Part shown: positions 39,063 through 52,490 of the stretch, one piece after another | Numbering within the stretch: the first letter of the stretch is position 1 | Layout: each line of letters starts with the position of its first letter | DNA from: Tubiluchus corallicola | Lineage: Eukaryota > Animalia > Priapulida | Length of the DNA: 64,000 nucleotides | Reading direction: 5' to 3' | NCBI GenBank assembly: GCA_030141605.1 | Contig: JAQGDQ010000269.1 | Location: 1-64,000 of the forward strand | Notes under the pieces: model-generated | Seen by the model: only the letters and a program-made list of their open reading frames with translations | Told to the model about the DNA's origin: nothing | Databases searched by the model: none | Translations under genes and position numbers: made by a program

Positions 39063-41262
39063 TAAAACAATTGAAACTAGCAGAGATTTTTCGTTCTTGA
39101 CAGTATACAGTGTCTAAACTAACTCATTAAAACTAACCATAAGAGAAAAAGAAAACTGTTTCCATCAGCGCCTGACCAACCTAGATTTATAATTCGCAGC
39201 TTGGTATTAATCTGAAGGTAATTAATTATTCACACGCTTAATTACAGGAGTATTAGTAATGATAAAATGAATCCACAATTACTCAAATTAATCGAAAGGG
39301 ATAGAAATGTAAATTGTGAAAAAATCTATGTAGGATCTGTCATGATCACTGCAGAAAAATAGTCTAGTAGTCATGGTGTTTCCCTTGTTAACAAAAGGTA
39401 CCTAGTTGAAAGGCAGGTCTGTCAAAGCTTTTCATATCTACTTTCTTTATGACAAGTTTCGTTTCAAATTTTAATAATTTTGGGTTTATTTTGTTGTTAT
39501 AACATTATTATTTATTGTCATACTTTTCCAGTATAATTATGAAAACTTTAAAGATTTTTGATGCCCGCTGCACTGCACATTTATAAAAGCCAAGATCCAT
39601 GAATACAAAGTGATATTGAAGTTATTCACATTAGAAATAGTCTTAGTGTTAGAAAATCCACTTTGTAAATATCTCAAAACCATATATATGTATATATATA
39701 TATATTGGTTGTTTTCTGATAATGTTTTTACATATTTGGAAGCTTCTTACTTTTGTCTTAGATTGTTGTCTAAAGAGAAATATATGAAAATGTTGTGACA
39801 ATGCATAGATACATCGGGTAATGTATATCACATATCTACCACAAACAAGAAAAAGTCAGCAAAAACGTGTTTGAAGTATAGTATAATATAGTAATTTTAG
39901 ACAGGTTTAGATAGCATCACAGATATTAGTGTATAATGTGTAATAACATTACAAGAATAATTATGTTCACCATTAAAACGATATCAACTGAGATTTAATA
40001 CGTTCCATTATCAACTATAATCCTGTATACAAGATTTCAAGAAACAACAATAAACATAACACATTAAAAGCTTAAAGAAAATAAAACATTTGCTATAATG
40101 GGGAAAAAAATGTAAGTATATTCCGTTCCATTTGCTAAAAAATGTCATTTAAGCATTATTTACCTTCCAACGTATTGTCATATAAACTTGGTACACTACA
40201 ACTAAATGACTCCTCCAACTTAAAACATGTTGATTCAGTAAAGACTATCCAAGTCTCTGGCCTAAGAATAGCATAATTTGTAACAGATTTGTAACATCTG
40301 ATTACATAGGCCATAGTTCATATTAACTCTTGGCAATGAGGAGACCTAATAACCACAGGTCACATAAATAGGCTTTATTAAAAAAGTTAACTCCTTCAGG
40401 TATCTTACACATTATCATGCTAAAAATAAGTTGCCGAATATTCTATAAACACTTTCAATTCCCAAGCGCAAACACTTATGGACAATTAGGCACACTTTAC
40501 ACACTGATATAAAATCATTAAAATTAACGATCAATACCAGCTAAAATTTCTTGTGTATGTTAGTAAAACAAAATGCCAACACGCAAGCAAATCATTATAC
40601 CTGTGGCTACCACTGTACTTTTCGATAAAGTACCTACAACAATAATTATATATACCGTACAGTACTATTTTATTGTACAATGATGTTGTCGGTAATGTTT
40701 ACATAATATAAGATTTTATAATTTTATATATAATTAATATTTACATTAAAACAACAACAATGTATTGCTCACTACAATATCTAACAAATCATAAACAAAC
40801 TAAGGCAAGTGTAAATTAGATTAGTGATCGTTCAAATCTTATTACATCTTTATGCATAAAATAACAACAAGAATAATATGACTGCAAAATTTCAGTCCTG
40901 GAAAAATATAGCACATTTCATTAGCTATAATGAACCCCTTGTGAATGAATTAGTAAATATTTTTGGAACGTTATAATTTAATAAAAGTGACAGACGATAA
41001 CTATTTTTCTTGTTTAATTGGGAAACTAAAAAAGTTGGCACAGATAATGATCCACGAGAATAACCATGTCTTCTATTTGTCTTAAACAGTGACCTTGTCC
41101 ACATGGGAAAAATTCTTGCTTTAACACCAGAGGGCATCCTTATAAACTAGGAGGCCTACGTGGTATTTAGTTTTTAAGAACGGAAATTTTAAGAAACCGT
41201 AATGGTTTACAAACTGTCAGTTTAGGGTTCTGTTTGTATTGCTGTTCGCTGGTCTAAGAAGC

Positions 41263-42373
41263 TTATCGTTTCCTAACATTTATCAAATATTTGCAACAGT
41301 GCGTGAGCATATTCTTCTCTTTAGGAGCATCATTCTCAGTCGTGTCCCGCGTGTAAATGTCCAATCCATATTGGCCGTCAGATGGAAATGCTACTTTGAA
41401 AATGACCTTGTCATCTGTTATGACCTTCTTTACATTCTTTGATAATTGCTTGGGATCTGTGCCATTTTGATGGAGGGTCATCATGAAGTTGCTCAGATAG
41501 TGAGACATCCGGAAATGTATTTCTGTGCTATCGCTGCTTGTGTTGATTACTGCTTCTTCATGATTCATGGGAATCAAACCAAAAAGTTTGTATGCCTTCA
41601 ATGGTCCCCATTCTCCACTTGCACAATTTGGCAATGGGACCATGCAGCGCTCCAAATACTGGCACACTATCTTCATCTTGCAGACGCTTTTAAATCTCAT
41701 AGGCTGCCCAGTCATGTAGTCGCCCGTGCTGACCAGATTAGCAAATATGTCGAGGATGTATTCGCCGACGACCGGAGCGTGCGCTTTGAAGACAACGCTG
41801 TTACCGACAACAGTCTGCATGACGTACCGCCGCATGTTAATGCCATTGTGTTCTTCTTGGTCACTGTCAACAAAGTGTAAATTGTAATGAAATACTAAAC
41901 TGGACACAAAATACGGTGGCATCAAGATCTTTAAGGTCACGGCACCAATTTTGTCTGTGTGCATGACAGCAGATTGATTCTGTTCAGCAAATTTCAGCCC
42001 ATATTTGAAAAAGAGAGAACGGACGAATGGCAACTCTTCAAACTCTGCCAGGCTTATTGGCCTCTGTAACAACTGCCACTCCTTCTGTTTGGGGAAAAAT
42101 TCGTAGATGAATTGGTCGGGATCTGTAAGGAAGTAATGATCGTCGTACTCATAACGAAGATTCTCCGCATTGGTTCGCTCAGCTGGCTTCGGAGCATCTT
42201 TTGCATTCACAAGATGTCGGGCACCCCAGTTGCATTGCACAAACCGCCAAGAGCCATCCAGAAAAACGGCATTCCATGTATTGCGGAACTTCTTGTCTTC
42301 AAATTTCATTCCTGGTAGGTACCCAGCACTTTTTGAATAACCACGTATTACGACACAATGCAGACCTGCATAG
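41263..42373 (-). CDS. Hil: Hillarin last coding exon (transglutaminase-like/KY-type domain and C-terminal Ig-like repeats)
   Basis: CAG acceptor. Encodes SYAGLHCVVIRGYSKSAGYLPG...NTWNAVFLDGSWRFVQCNWGARH...YDDHYFLTDP...HCCKYLIN; stop at 41265-41263. Joined CDS is 2463 nt (820 aa). Confidence 0.95.
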
Positions 42374-42914
42374 CTGGTAAAGAGATTAAAAATTATTTAA
42401 GTCCATGTAGAAATTTGATCAAAAATGAATATGTCTAGTAGAAGTGCCAAATTTAAAATTATAATTTACAATGAACTTTAATGTGCATACAATATTCTGT
42501 AAGTCTAAACCCTATCATATGCGTGCAAATACGTAGTAAGAGAAAAACATCAGAATTTTAACTCGAACTTTTTTAAAACTTTAATTTGCAAGTTGTGAAA
42601 AAGCCAAAAGGAAGGAATTGCATCTACTTTTAAATGGCAAACTCATAGGCAAAACTTAAATAAAAAATGTTGGCATTAGCTCTTTGGTTGAATTTATATT
42701 TAAGCACAGTGAGCAAAAAATTTCCACACAAATGCTATCAATAATGCATAAGTAAATGCCAACTACTAAAGCACAGTTTACAAAAAATTAGTTCTCGCTC
42801 AGCATTTTTTGCTGAAATTATTAAGCATTTATTTACGTCAGATGGCACCACACGGGTCAATGAGTGTGTACCATTCTTTTATATAGCTAAGCAATTTGTA
42901 CATTGGTTTATTAC

Positions 42915-43061
42915 CTGCACAAGCGCTTGAAGAGGACATGGTAGCTCTCGGTACCATATTTTATACCCCTTAAAAGCCCCATAGGGGTATCAGCATCAAC
43001 GTCTCGATCATCGAATTGCATGGCGTTCAGATTTTTCACTGTTAGCCAACGGAATATTGCC
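42915..43061 (-). CDS. Hil: Hillarin coding exon 7 (start of transglutaminase-like core)
   Basis: Encodes AIFRWLTVKNLNAMQFDDRDVDADTPMGLLRGIKYGTESYHVLFKRLC. TAG acceptor, GTAAT donor, phase 2-2. Confidence 0.94.
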
Positions 43062-43237
43062 CTAAAATTAAGCACATAAAGCTGTATATTGCAACGAAAT
43101 TAAAGTATATCTCAAAAGTGTCTGCTTACGCTTTTATTAATTTGTAATTCTGTGCACTCAATTTGAAATATAATTGTCTCACCGATTCTAATAATTTTGC
43201 AAGCAAATTTAATGTTTGTAAGTCATAATTTATTTAC

Positions 43238-43320
43238 CTTGCCTTCTCAACATCTGTAACACAGTTTCTTATCAACTGACGAACCAGTTCTGTAAAAGTG
43301 GACTGGTCTTCTTGGGCAAC
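43238..43320 (-). CDS. Hil: Hillarin coding exon 6
   Basis: TTTTAG acceptor, GTAAAT donor. Encodes VAQEDQSTFTELVRQLIRNCVTDVEKA(R). Phase 0 to 2. Confidence 0.92.
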
Positions 43321-43637
43321 CTAAAATAAAATTTAACTGAGTAAATAGGAGTATCAATTTTAAGCGACTTTTTAAGAAGAGCTGATTTATATTGCTCTAC
43401 ATAATACCTTGACACTGTGTACCACTCTGACAATTTGTATTTGTATTACATAGCCATATTTGGACATCTCTAAGAGGAAAGTTGGAATACACAGAAGCAA
43501 TAGATCATTTGCAAGGAAAAATAATAAAAAATACTTGCAAATAATATCCCATACATTCTGCAACATAACGAATTGTATTTTTAGTAAATTGTGTAAATGC
43601 ACAAAAGCAGTACTTAATATAAAATGAAAAATTTTGC

Positions 43638-43690
43638 ACCCACTGTGGCTCGAATCCAAGACCTTCTACTTTCCAGACAGCTATGCCTAG
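43638..43690 (-). mobile_element. tRNA-derived SINE head remnant
   Basis: Minus strand reads ...GAAGGTCTTGGATTCGAGCCACAGTGGG with a B-box-like GATTCGAGCC. No full cloverleaf. Confidence 0.35.
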
Positions 43691-43786
43691 TTAAAAACAT
43701 TTCTTGTCTAACGAAAACTTCATAATCGCAAAAAATACTGCAGACGACTGCAAAAAATAATACATGATAAATGGCAGTCTACATAC

Positions 43787-43930
43787 GCTAATAGCTTGCT
43801 CATCCAGCTCCTCAAAAACTGCCGGATCGTTGTATAAATCTGACTTCGAACCTTCTGGGGGACGTGGAGGCGGCGGTCTGGACAGCGGATAGTTCATCTG
43901 CATATTATCACGTGATCGATCATTGGACGG
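43787..43930 (-). CDS. Hil: Hillarin coding exon 5 (Pro-rich linker)
   Basis: TTGCAG acceptor, GTATGT donor. Encodes PSNDRS...YPLSRPPPPRPPEGSKSDLYNDPAVFEELDEQAIS. Phase 0-0. Confidence 0.9.
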
Positions 43931-44289
43931 CTGCAATGAGAAAAAATGGTGTTAACATACCATTCAGGTCGCAAACGTCACAAATCACAATCAAGTTGTC
44001 CTTCAAAAGCCATTAATATTAATATCTTACATACTTATAAGACGTAATTGTATATAATAGTACATACCAGTGCAACCAAAGTGAGATCAAAAAGAAGAAA
44101 CAACAACAGATACTTTTATCATTGTTTTGCATCATAACAAGATACAGCATTTAAGATGGATAAATTAAGAATGCAATAAGTAATTAAGGCAAACTATAGG
44201 TAGCATAAAAAGGTCAAAATAACTTTATAACATGAATGAACATTAATTTATCATTGAAAAGATCCTCCCGCACTAAATCCCATACGTAC

Positions 44290-44485
44290 CCTCTGATTAT
44301 AACTGTGGTACCCAGACTCGTTAATACTCATGTTCTGCATGCGACTTAGCTCGAGTTGTTGAGCCTGGATTTCTGCTTTTTTCTTGTTAATGAGTTCTAA
44401 CATTTCATTAGCGTGCTTCTCTATCATGTACGTCGTTTGCTGCCGTTCTTGCTCCATCATTTTTCGCAGAATTTCCCTCTGTGCC
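44290..44485 (-). CDS. Hil: Hillarin coding exon 4
   Basis: TTCCAG acceptor, GTACGT donor. Encodes AQREILRKMMEQERQQTTYMIEKHANEMLELINKKK...YNQR. Phase 2 to 0. Confidence 0.88.
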
Positions 44486-45379
44486 CTGGAACAGAAGCAA
44501 AGGTCAACATCGCACCATGAAGGTGTCAGTACTGCAAAACTGTGGTTTCACATGCTACACGAATGACACGTGTTGTGGTTGTGGTTAACCAAGATATAAA
44601 ATTTTTAGATTTAGGTAATTTTATTTTTTTAACAGTCATTTGCATATTGTAAATTTGAACACAGGAGATATATAAAATAATAACGATTACTCCTTAGCAT
44701 TTTGAAGGTCTAGCTAACTTCTATCAAAAACAGCAATGAATGTTGCGAGAAAAACTGTAACCAAACTTTACAATCAATCACATTAAATATCAAAATAATG
44801 CTATCATTTTTACTACTTTGCAATCAGTGCCTAATGTTAGCTCTTGAACACTGGCATATATTCAACTCCAGTCATGCAACTACGATTGTACTTGTGCCAG
44901 TTGTTCACTTCAGTCAAGGATCAGTTATACTTTTTACATACCACATACAATAACTGATGTAACTGATGATTTGTCATGCGAATTTTTATTGAATAGCAAG
45001 CACACCAGCTTTATGTCTTTCAGTTTGAATGGTATATCAGTGCCATTTCTCAAGCTGACTAGAACAACTGTACCCTTGGAAAATAGTTTTGCAATTTACC
45101 AGTATTTCAGTTTGTAGTTGACCTAACTACAGCTAGACATGTGTCAGAACCCTAAAACATTTCTTAGTAGTTAGTAGTAAAGTTTATTCCAAAATGATAT
45201 AATGCCAAAATATAACTAATGAATGTATATTGGTTAAATGCACTGCAAAGTATTACTGCAGAAAACACATAGCAAAATTATTAAAGTTTTACAAAGCAGT
45301 TTAAAGCACTTCTTAGAAACTCTTGCTGTTTCAGTAGATGAAAATCTAGTAGAAAGGCTCCCAATAAAAGGTTAAGATG

Positions 45380-45920
45380 AAACTTATTAGGAAAAGTAAA
45401 ATACAACATCGAAACTTGGGGTTTAACGATTACTCAGGAAAAGCAGATTGACACATTTCATAGAAGTCTTCTTAGGAAAGTTTTAAAGGTAAGATGGTCA
45501 TCTGTTGATCAAAAATGAAGATTTATACTCCAGAACGAAATAAATTTATTGGAGTTCAAAAGTCAAGATCCGAAGATTAAGATGGCTAGGACATCTTCAA
45601 AGATTACCAAATGAAGCACCAGTAAGAATCGCCTTAAAGGAAGCCTTAAAACCTTGCAAAAAACCACCTGACAAACTTGATAAATAAAGATAAGAGAAAT
45701 TAAATAAAAGTTTATTCATTTGCAAAAAAAACACTTGGCAAATAAAAAAGACTTGGATAGCTAAGATAAACAAAGATGTTTAACAACTTCAACAAAATCT
45801 GTCTTTTAGAGCAGAAGAACTTATGCTGTTAGCTGCAAATAGAAGTGGGTGAAACACTCTATAAATGTTGATACCTCAATGCCTACAATAGGTGGAATGA
45901 GATTTTGAAGAAAAAGAAAC
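45380..45920 (+). mobile_element. RTE-clade LINE 3' fragment, copy 2
   Basis: Translates with a stop and frameshift to ETWGLTITQEKQIDTFHRSLLRKVLKVRW ... KNEDLYSRT ... KIRRLRWLGHLQRLPNEAPVRIAL, the RTE post-RT LRWxGH motif. Confidence 0.85.
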
Positions 45921-46045
45921 GTATTCAGACGTATCAGTCGTATTATAATTAAATCTACTTGCTAGCATTAGTTTATTTTCAAAAATAATTTTGCATTTCT
46001 GGTTGACTATCCTTATCTCAAACGCTGAGGGAAAGGCTGACTGAC

Positions 46046-46165
46046 CTGTCTCTTTTCAGTGTCATAAACTGCTCTAAATCTTTCTTCTCTTTCTGCAATC
46101 GTAATGTGGCTCGTTTCTGTTCATCAGCTGACAAACCTTTCCTTCTGACTTCGTCATCAAAACTC
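46046..46165 (-). CDS. Hil: Hillarin coding exon 3 (coiled coil)
   Basis: TTGCAG acceptor, GTCAGT donor. Encodes SFDDEVRRKGLSADEQKRATLRLQKEKKDLEQFMTLKRD. Phase 2-2. Confidence 0.88.
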
Positions 46166-46499
46166 CTGCAAACAATCATTATTAATTAATTACTATTAAT
46201 AACTTTAGCAGTGAACATTAAATCATTAATAAAATGCATTTATTCCAATGACGGATTCAATCACAATAATAATAAATAACTGTGAATATGCAAAACTTTA
46301 CGATAGGGACCCAATGTTGACCTATGGCCAGTAGTACTTTGTTAAATACATCTTACAAAAACATTTAAAAAGTAGGACACTGTCTTAAAAAGCGATTAAT
46401 GTTTTCTTATGTAATATAATTATTGTGTCCATATGAGGGTGAACTAGTCGCCTAAGCTGAATCACTTTATCATGTAATGTTCCAGAGATTGCTCTTGGG

Positions 46500-47400
46500 G
46501 TTGGTGCAGGTACCAATCGATGCCATACTTCGTCGATTTTGAGAATACTTCTAATTAAATGGAGGGCCTATATATCTACATTATGCTGACGAAAACCTCA
46601 TGCATTAATCCTAACATATTATAATCGCATAACCATAACACACATAAAAAGGCACAGATAATCGGTACTTTGCGCAAATGAAGCTTACACTTAAATTTTA
46701 CACGCTACGTAAGTGCCCGATGGCTTGTTTGAAAGATTCTTTTGGGTTTGCGTTTGCTAAACGCTTAAAAATTTGTGCATGACTGCCGTATATTCCATTT
46801 GTTCAGTCTTGTCAATAAATCACTCTAACTTTTCACCTATTACTCAATAGGTCAATTTTGAAAGTTTGATTTACTGTAAATCCATTCAGCTTCTAATACA
46901 TTAACATTAAGCAACGATAAACTGCAAATTGCTCATAACTATGCGTATTTAGGAATAACCTTTAATGCCAGTGACTCTATTAATGCAGCTAAATAGGAAC
47001 TGCATAATAAGGCCACCAAACTTAGACAAAAGCTGTGTGAAATTGTTTGATACCCTGACCAATCCAGTTGCACAATACTCGTGTGAGGTTTGGGCACCCT
47101 TTTTATAACAAAAAAAATGGAGAAGGATAATGTAACATGTATCGAAAACGTGTATGGTTCCTTGCCAACAGAACTTCCTAACAATATACCCAATATACAT
47201 TAATATCATTATCGAAACTAAAAATATTGGATTAGATAAATAAACATGGCCGAAAATTCCTTTCCCTTTATCTCACTGAAACTTTGGTTAACGTCCGGAA
47301 ACCCAAAAATAGGATGGATGAAAACATCCTTGAATAAAAATTTCTCTGGAAAGTTAGAATTTTGTGTGTTTACTCGGGACCTTGAATATGCTGCCAAATG
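46500..47400 (+). mobile_element. Heavily decayed non-LTR retrotransposon RT fragment
   Basis: NYAYLGITFNASDSINAAK*ELHNKA (46937-47015) and KLFDTLTNPVAQYSCEVWAP (47040-47099) match the YLG and LxYxxEVW motifs. Boundaries are uncertain. Confidence 0.65.
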
Positions 47401-49547
47401 AAACAATATAACTGGTTAGCTAAGAAGATTAATGTTCAGGCCTCCTCGATGCGCCTATAATTTCAAGTTTACTTAAGTAACCCGAGTGTTCTTAGTGCAA
47501 AGTTGCGTAAGGTACATAAAAGCTGCGCGATCTTGCGCAAAACCTGCAGTGACCTTACAGGTCTTACAGGCAAGTCTAAACCTAAATTTAGATACTGCGT
47601 AGTAGGCCTATTTAAAAAATTGTGAAAATATTTACTAAATATAAATATAACTTTTACCATTTGTATTTGTACAAGGGTAACGTTTTCCACAATTCTTGGT
47701 TTCCTAAATCCACCTCATACCAAAAAATGAGAACTACACTAAGATTTAGATAGCCATAATTTGTATTATGAAAATGATGTAAAGTATTTTATTGATCAGA
47801 ACTGTATTTTTATGTAAATTTTTTATTACCTTACTAACACATTCATTTTCATTTTTATTTATATATTTACTAATATAAATTCGGCATTTAATGTATGAAT
47901 GTTTTTCATGGCAATGAACTTAAATTAAACGAGATTAGTTCCTAAGTCACAACAGGTACGCGCGCCCCCAAAACCTAACAAGGGGTACAATATTATAACC
48001 TACGTCTAAGGCCTAATGTAGACTCAGTAGTCAGTAGACTTCTCTAATTAGAAGACAAGCAACCAACCAGTTCTTCCTAGGCTAATTCACATGAACAACA
48101 TTTTTATTCGCCGCCTACAAAAACCTATTAACACTTGTACTATCTCTTCCTTGTAAGTCTTTAGTCCAACGACCTCTAACAATAGTTTCTACGAAATTTC
48201 ATTCAGCGAAACAGGTAGTGCAACAGCGAACAAGAAAAGGGACGGTCGACCGTCTAAATAAACGAGTGACCGCAACATTCGCCCGGCAAATAAAAACAAG
48301 TAAACAACAAAAAACTCAAAAAATAAATAATTAACTAAACAGTTATAAACAGAATAGCAGAACGTTATTGCCGAATAGTCGACCATAAAAAGACTGACGT
48401 CTAGAACACCGTACTCTATCCACACGATAGGCTTTTACATGCAGTTACTTTGCAAATACAGTGTAGAAGCGTGTCCTCTAACTTCTTTTCACTTCTGAAG
48501 TTCTACCGGTAAAACGGTTTGTATGAAAACGGGCTTTGTTTTAGCGTGTGCTGGAAAGGGTTTACGAAATCAAAGGAAAAAGAATTTCAGCAAAAAAACG
48601 AAAAAAGTTGTTATCAAATGTTTCGGCAATCAAAAGCAGAAGCGCAAATTAATTTTTAAGTTAGGCCTATATGCGGATGACACCAAGTACGTTGGACTTT
48701 TCCACCTCTAGATAATGCAAAAAAGGTAGGTTTTTAAGGCGCCATAGCCTGCTCTTTTGCAACAGGTTAGTCGCCGCAGTACGAGCGCAAGTACATTTTC
48801 CTGAACAAGTCTATAAAACTTAGTTCAGTCACTCACGGAAATTTTTGCACTCGTGCACTTGAAAATATAATTTATGTAGTCACTTTTCGTCAATAATTCA
48901 TTGTTTTTAGTGACAGAACGTCGTTTACCCAACCAATATAAATGGGCTGTCTTAGCTGCGTCACCAGCGTGCATTATTATTGGCTGCGTATTTCGAGAAT
49001 TGTGTCTGCGCACTGATGAACGAACTGACGAAAATCAAGGCCAACTTGGCATCGGCCTCCATGCGGTCCTTCAACACTGACAAACTGGAGAATGACAGTA
49101 TGGACGGCCTATAAGAAACAACAACTCAGTTAATGCCTCGTACAAGGAACAAAGCTTTGAACAAAAACTAACCAACCGCCTTCAGATAAATCAAGCAGTT
49201 AACTATTAAATACCGTCGCTACAAAGCCATGTATGCCAAGTATATTATAGAAGAGGCATACAACTATTTTCACTGCTACTTTATTATGTGATGATTCGAC
49301 CAAATGACCAACCAACCAACTAATCAATCGGCTTACTAACCCACTAAGCGACAGGTTGATTATCTTACCTACACACTAATCAACCAGACAACCAACTACA
49401 ACTCTGTAAACTTAAAGAATTAATACTACGATTATTTAATTAGCTGACTAAAGAATAAAAAATAAATAAAAGGATGACAGAAAAATAGAACTGAGTTACA
49501 ACAATCTAAATGTTCTCGTAACTAATGTTACTGATCAACAATGTGGC

Positions 49548-49705
49548 TCGGAAGTGGTGCTGACAAGCCACTGGCATAGTAGTTTCTAGTTTTTTACTGG
49601 ATTACTGCTGCGTTTACCTGTCTTGAGGGAATTTTTTTTATTTTAGAGTTCTGCCTGCCCATTGTCTGCAAAAATAAATAGGCATGCGATGATGATGATG
49701 ATGAT
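49548..49705 (+). mobile_element. (GAT)n-ended short repeat, copy 3
   Basis: Close match to 9125-9275; ends in a short (GAT)n run. Confidence 0.8.
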
Positions 49706-50224
49706 CAACAATGTATCAACGTAGCAGTTTCTTACTATTTTTATGCATGTAGAACAGGTTAGAAAAACTCGATCTCCTCTGGTAAATGTGGTGCTTCAAA
49801 ATTATTCAGTAAAATCCAGCGAAACCCGCAGAAGCCCACATGACGTGAACCATTGATCAAACACAGCAGCCATTTTATCTGCTCTTCTATCACCGCCATT
49901 AATCATTATAAAATTAATAAAATTTCCTTCGAATATAATGCTCTCTTATCATCCGCGTGCATAAGGACGCCGGACGAAGAAATTAATCAAACTGAAATGA
50001 AAAGTCAGCAAAGTAACGTATTTTAATCCTTCATAGTTTGAAGTCTAGTGCATTACAGTAGATGGAAAGAAAACAGGAAGTCAAAATACGTGTAAATTCC
50101 TTCACTCTTCCTAGCGGCAAAATGCAACTTAATTAAAGAAAAAACACTCTTCATAAATAAAGTTTAAAAAATTCGTTTTCAAAATTTTATATCATTTACC
50201 GACAGTCTTATTACGTAAGGGCTG

Positions 50225-50637
50225 CGTTAGCATTTACCAGTAACACTGTATAAAACTTGTAAATAAACTCCGTGGTGACCGTTAGGCGTAGCCATTTAAC
50301 GGCAAGTCGTTTGAAACAAGTTTAGATAACACTGCGTAAAGTTTGAAAAAATAATCAGAGCATTCGCAGCACACACTTCAGTAACTAAACAAGTTTAAAT
50401 TACTGTATATTGTCAATAAGATCAACAATGCGTTTTTTTATTTGATGAGTCAGTGGTACACACTGGGACGGCGATGCAGTGCCGTTTTCCCAGGTGGCGT
50501 GAATATTTTGAAATATTACGAATTTTCATTTCCAATTACGCTAGTCTTTGAAACAAGTAAGCGTAGTGCTAAGTAATATAAAATTTTATGGAAAGTTTTT
50601 TAGGATATACTTTAAAATTTCCCTTTTCCCCCTTTAA
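50225..50637 (-). mobile_element. Dispersed ~500-bp DNA element, copy 3 (inverted; terminus TTAA-AGGGG)
   Basis: GAAACAAGTTTAGATAACA is the reverse complement of the family core; the end CCCCCTTTAA suggests a TTAA-targeting (Kolobok-like) terminus. Confidence 0.7.
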
Positions 50638-51129
50638 GGCTATGCAAGGCCAAGTTTCCACTAGACGGTGAACACTTATTTTTGTAGCCCTGTCTATTGC
50701 GAAAACGTGATTAGTTATAATTACATATAATATTAGAAAATCATATAATATTGGACATGACGCTATGATTGCCTATGGCTGAATAAAAATAACAGTGCTT
50801 GTCATTTTTACTATAACAGATTGCGTTGAAAAGTTCTGGTTTACAGTAAATCATATTTTTCCTTCCTTACTATTCAAAATTTGATCAGTAAATATCAAAC
50901 ATTTTTCCATCTTTTTGCATTAGGGAACTGCTTTTTTGTATTATTGGGAAACAAAACAAAGTGCATGAGCCTACTTATATAACTCCGAATTTAATCTTTC
51001 AGTCAGAATGCACAGTGGCAAAATAATAACTCTGAAATGAATGACTAATCCTTCAGCAAAAATGACTATTTTTGCTACAAAAAACTACTGTCAAATTTCT
51101 TTCTAAAAGACAAACTTCAAACAGCAAAA

Positions 51130-51555
51130 CCAGAATAAAGGCACTCAGAAGAGGTGCAGTCTGCGGAATCACGCAAGACTCTGAGCAAACATTTATTTTG
51201 GCATTTTCCATCTTGTGAATCAACGTTTAGAGTTAACTTTTTCAGCCAATTAAGCAATGGGTTTCCAGGTCTTGCCCGATGCATATCCATGTTTCAACTG
51301 TAGTTTGGTGTTTATAGCTTCACCCGTTTTGATTTCATAGGCATTTTTTATCTTGTGACCTTGACCTTAGTCGTTTGACCTTTGAAAGTCACACAATAAT
51401 CAACGAACTTCCAGTTCCTGTCCTGACCTATCCATTTGCCGAGTTTTGTGGTTGTAGCTTCATTTGCTTTAATTCTATTGCGCGGATAGACAGACGGTTG
51501 GACGAACAGACAGACAGACAAATGCGACTAAACGTCTTACACCTCTCTACCCCTA
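51130..51555 (+). mobile_element. Helentron-associated (HINE/DINE-like) non-autonomous element
   Basis: 5' GGCACTCAGAAGAGGTGCAG, a core with TGACCTTGACCTT...TGACCTTTGA, then an (ACAG)n microsatellite near the 3' end. This layout is common in lophotrochozoan genomes. Confidence 0.5.
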
Positions 51556-52490
51556 AAATTACCCAAACACGTCAATGGAGCACGTATCCCATATGAAATG
51601 ACGTTTTACTTTTACTCAACATACAGCTTTTAGTTATGCAAATCAAAGAAGTGTACCAAAGAACTCGACCCACCTTCAACTTCAACCGAAGCTAAAGAAT
51701 GATGATTCATGGATTATATAAACTGTACAATCTACATCCCGCGGCCAATTTTTTACACCTTTTATGGCGACTAACTCTTTATCACCAGGAAGCAAGAGAT
51801 CGTTGTAATACTTCATAAATGCACAATCTAATTGAAAGTGACTTTGCCTTAGGCTTCGAAGACAAAAAGCTCTACTGACATTAACAAGTTACGACTTTGT
51901 GCCGCAATGATATAAAGGCGTTAGCTGCACGCAACGGGTTAATATAAAATCAATTTTAGAAAGTTGGAGGGCAGTTTGTTAAATAAACCTTCTTTCACTG
52001 GAGAAGTTTCTTTCGTTTCAACCTTTTTGAGATAAGTTGCATCGTCTCTGAATTTCTCTGGAAGGCAATACATTTTAATGTGCAGTTCTAATGCTAATTT
52101 ATGCTAATTTATGTACTTAGTGTTGCGAATTTTGTTTACACAAGTGCTTATAGTAAATTTACACGACATTGTCTGTAAATTCCAATCCTGGCCTCCCATG
52201 TAAACATACTGCGTAATATGGTAGTCTGCGTATCTCAGTATGCACATTGGATCCCATTTTTGACAACATACGACAAACTCACAGTCATATAGTAGCTGGC
52301 AAGGTTTCGTGTTGCTTTACTTCGATAAAGTAAACTGCAAATACGCAGACGCATTTTTGATTTTTTTTGTATGTTTGTATGTTTTGTATATTTTGCGTGA
52401 ATATGAGAAATCAACCAAAATGCAGGGGTGATTTACCAGGCGTTGGTCAAGCAGTAACAACGAGAGGCTACCTCTGTCAGCTACCCATCT

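Noticed and set aside
41446-41880. Plus-strand ORFs overlapping the hillarin and ENaC last exons (also 3399-3698, 42112-42318)
   Set aside because: Antisense shadows of real coding exons with no recognisable motifs.
43638-43690. tRNA gene (similar B-box-like sequence at ~53150-53200)
   Set aside because: Only a T-arm/B-box-like piece; no acceptor stem, D-arm or cloverleaf. Treated as SINE debris.
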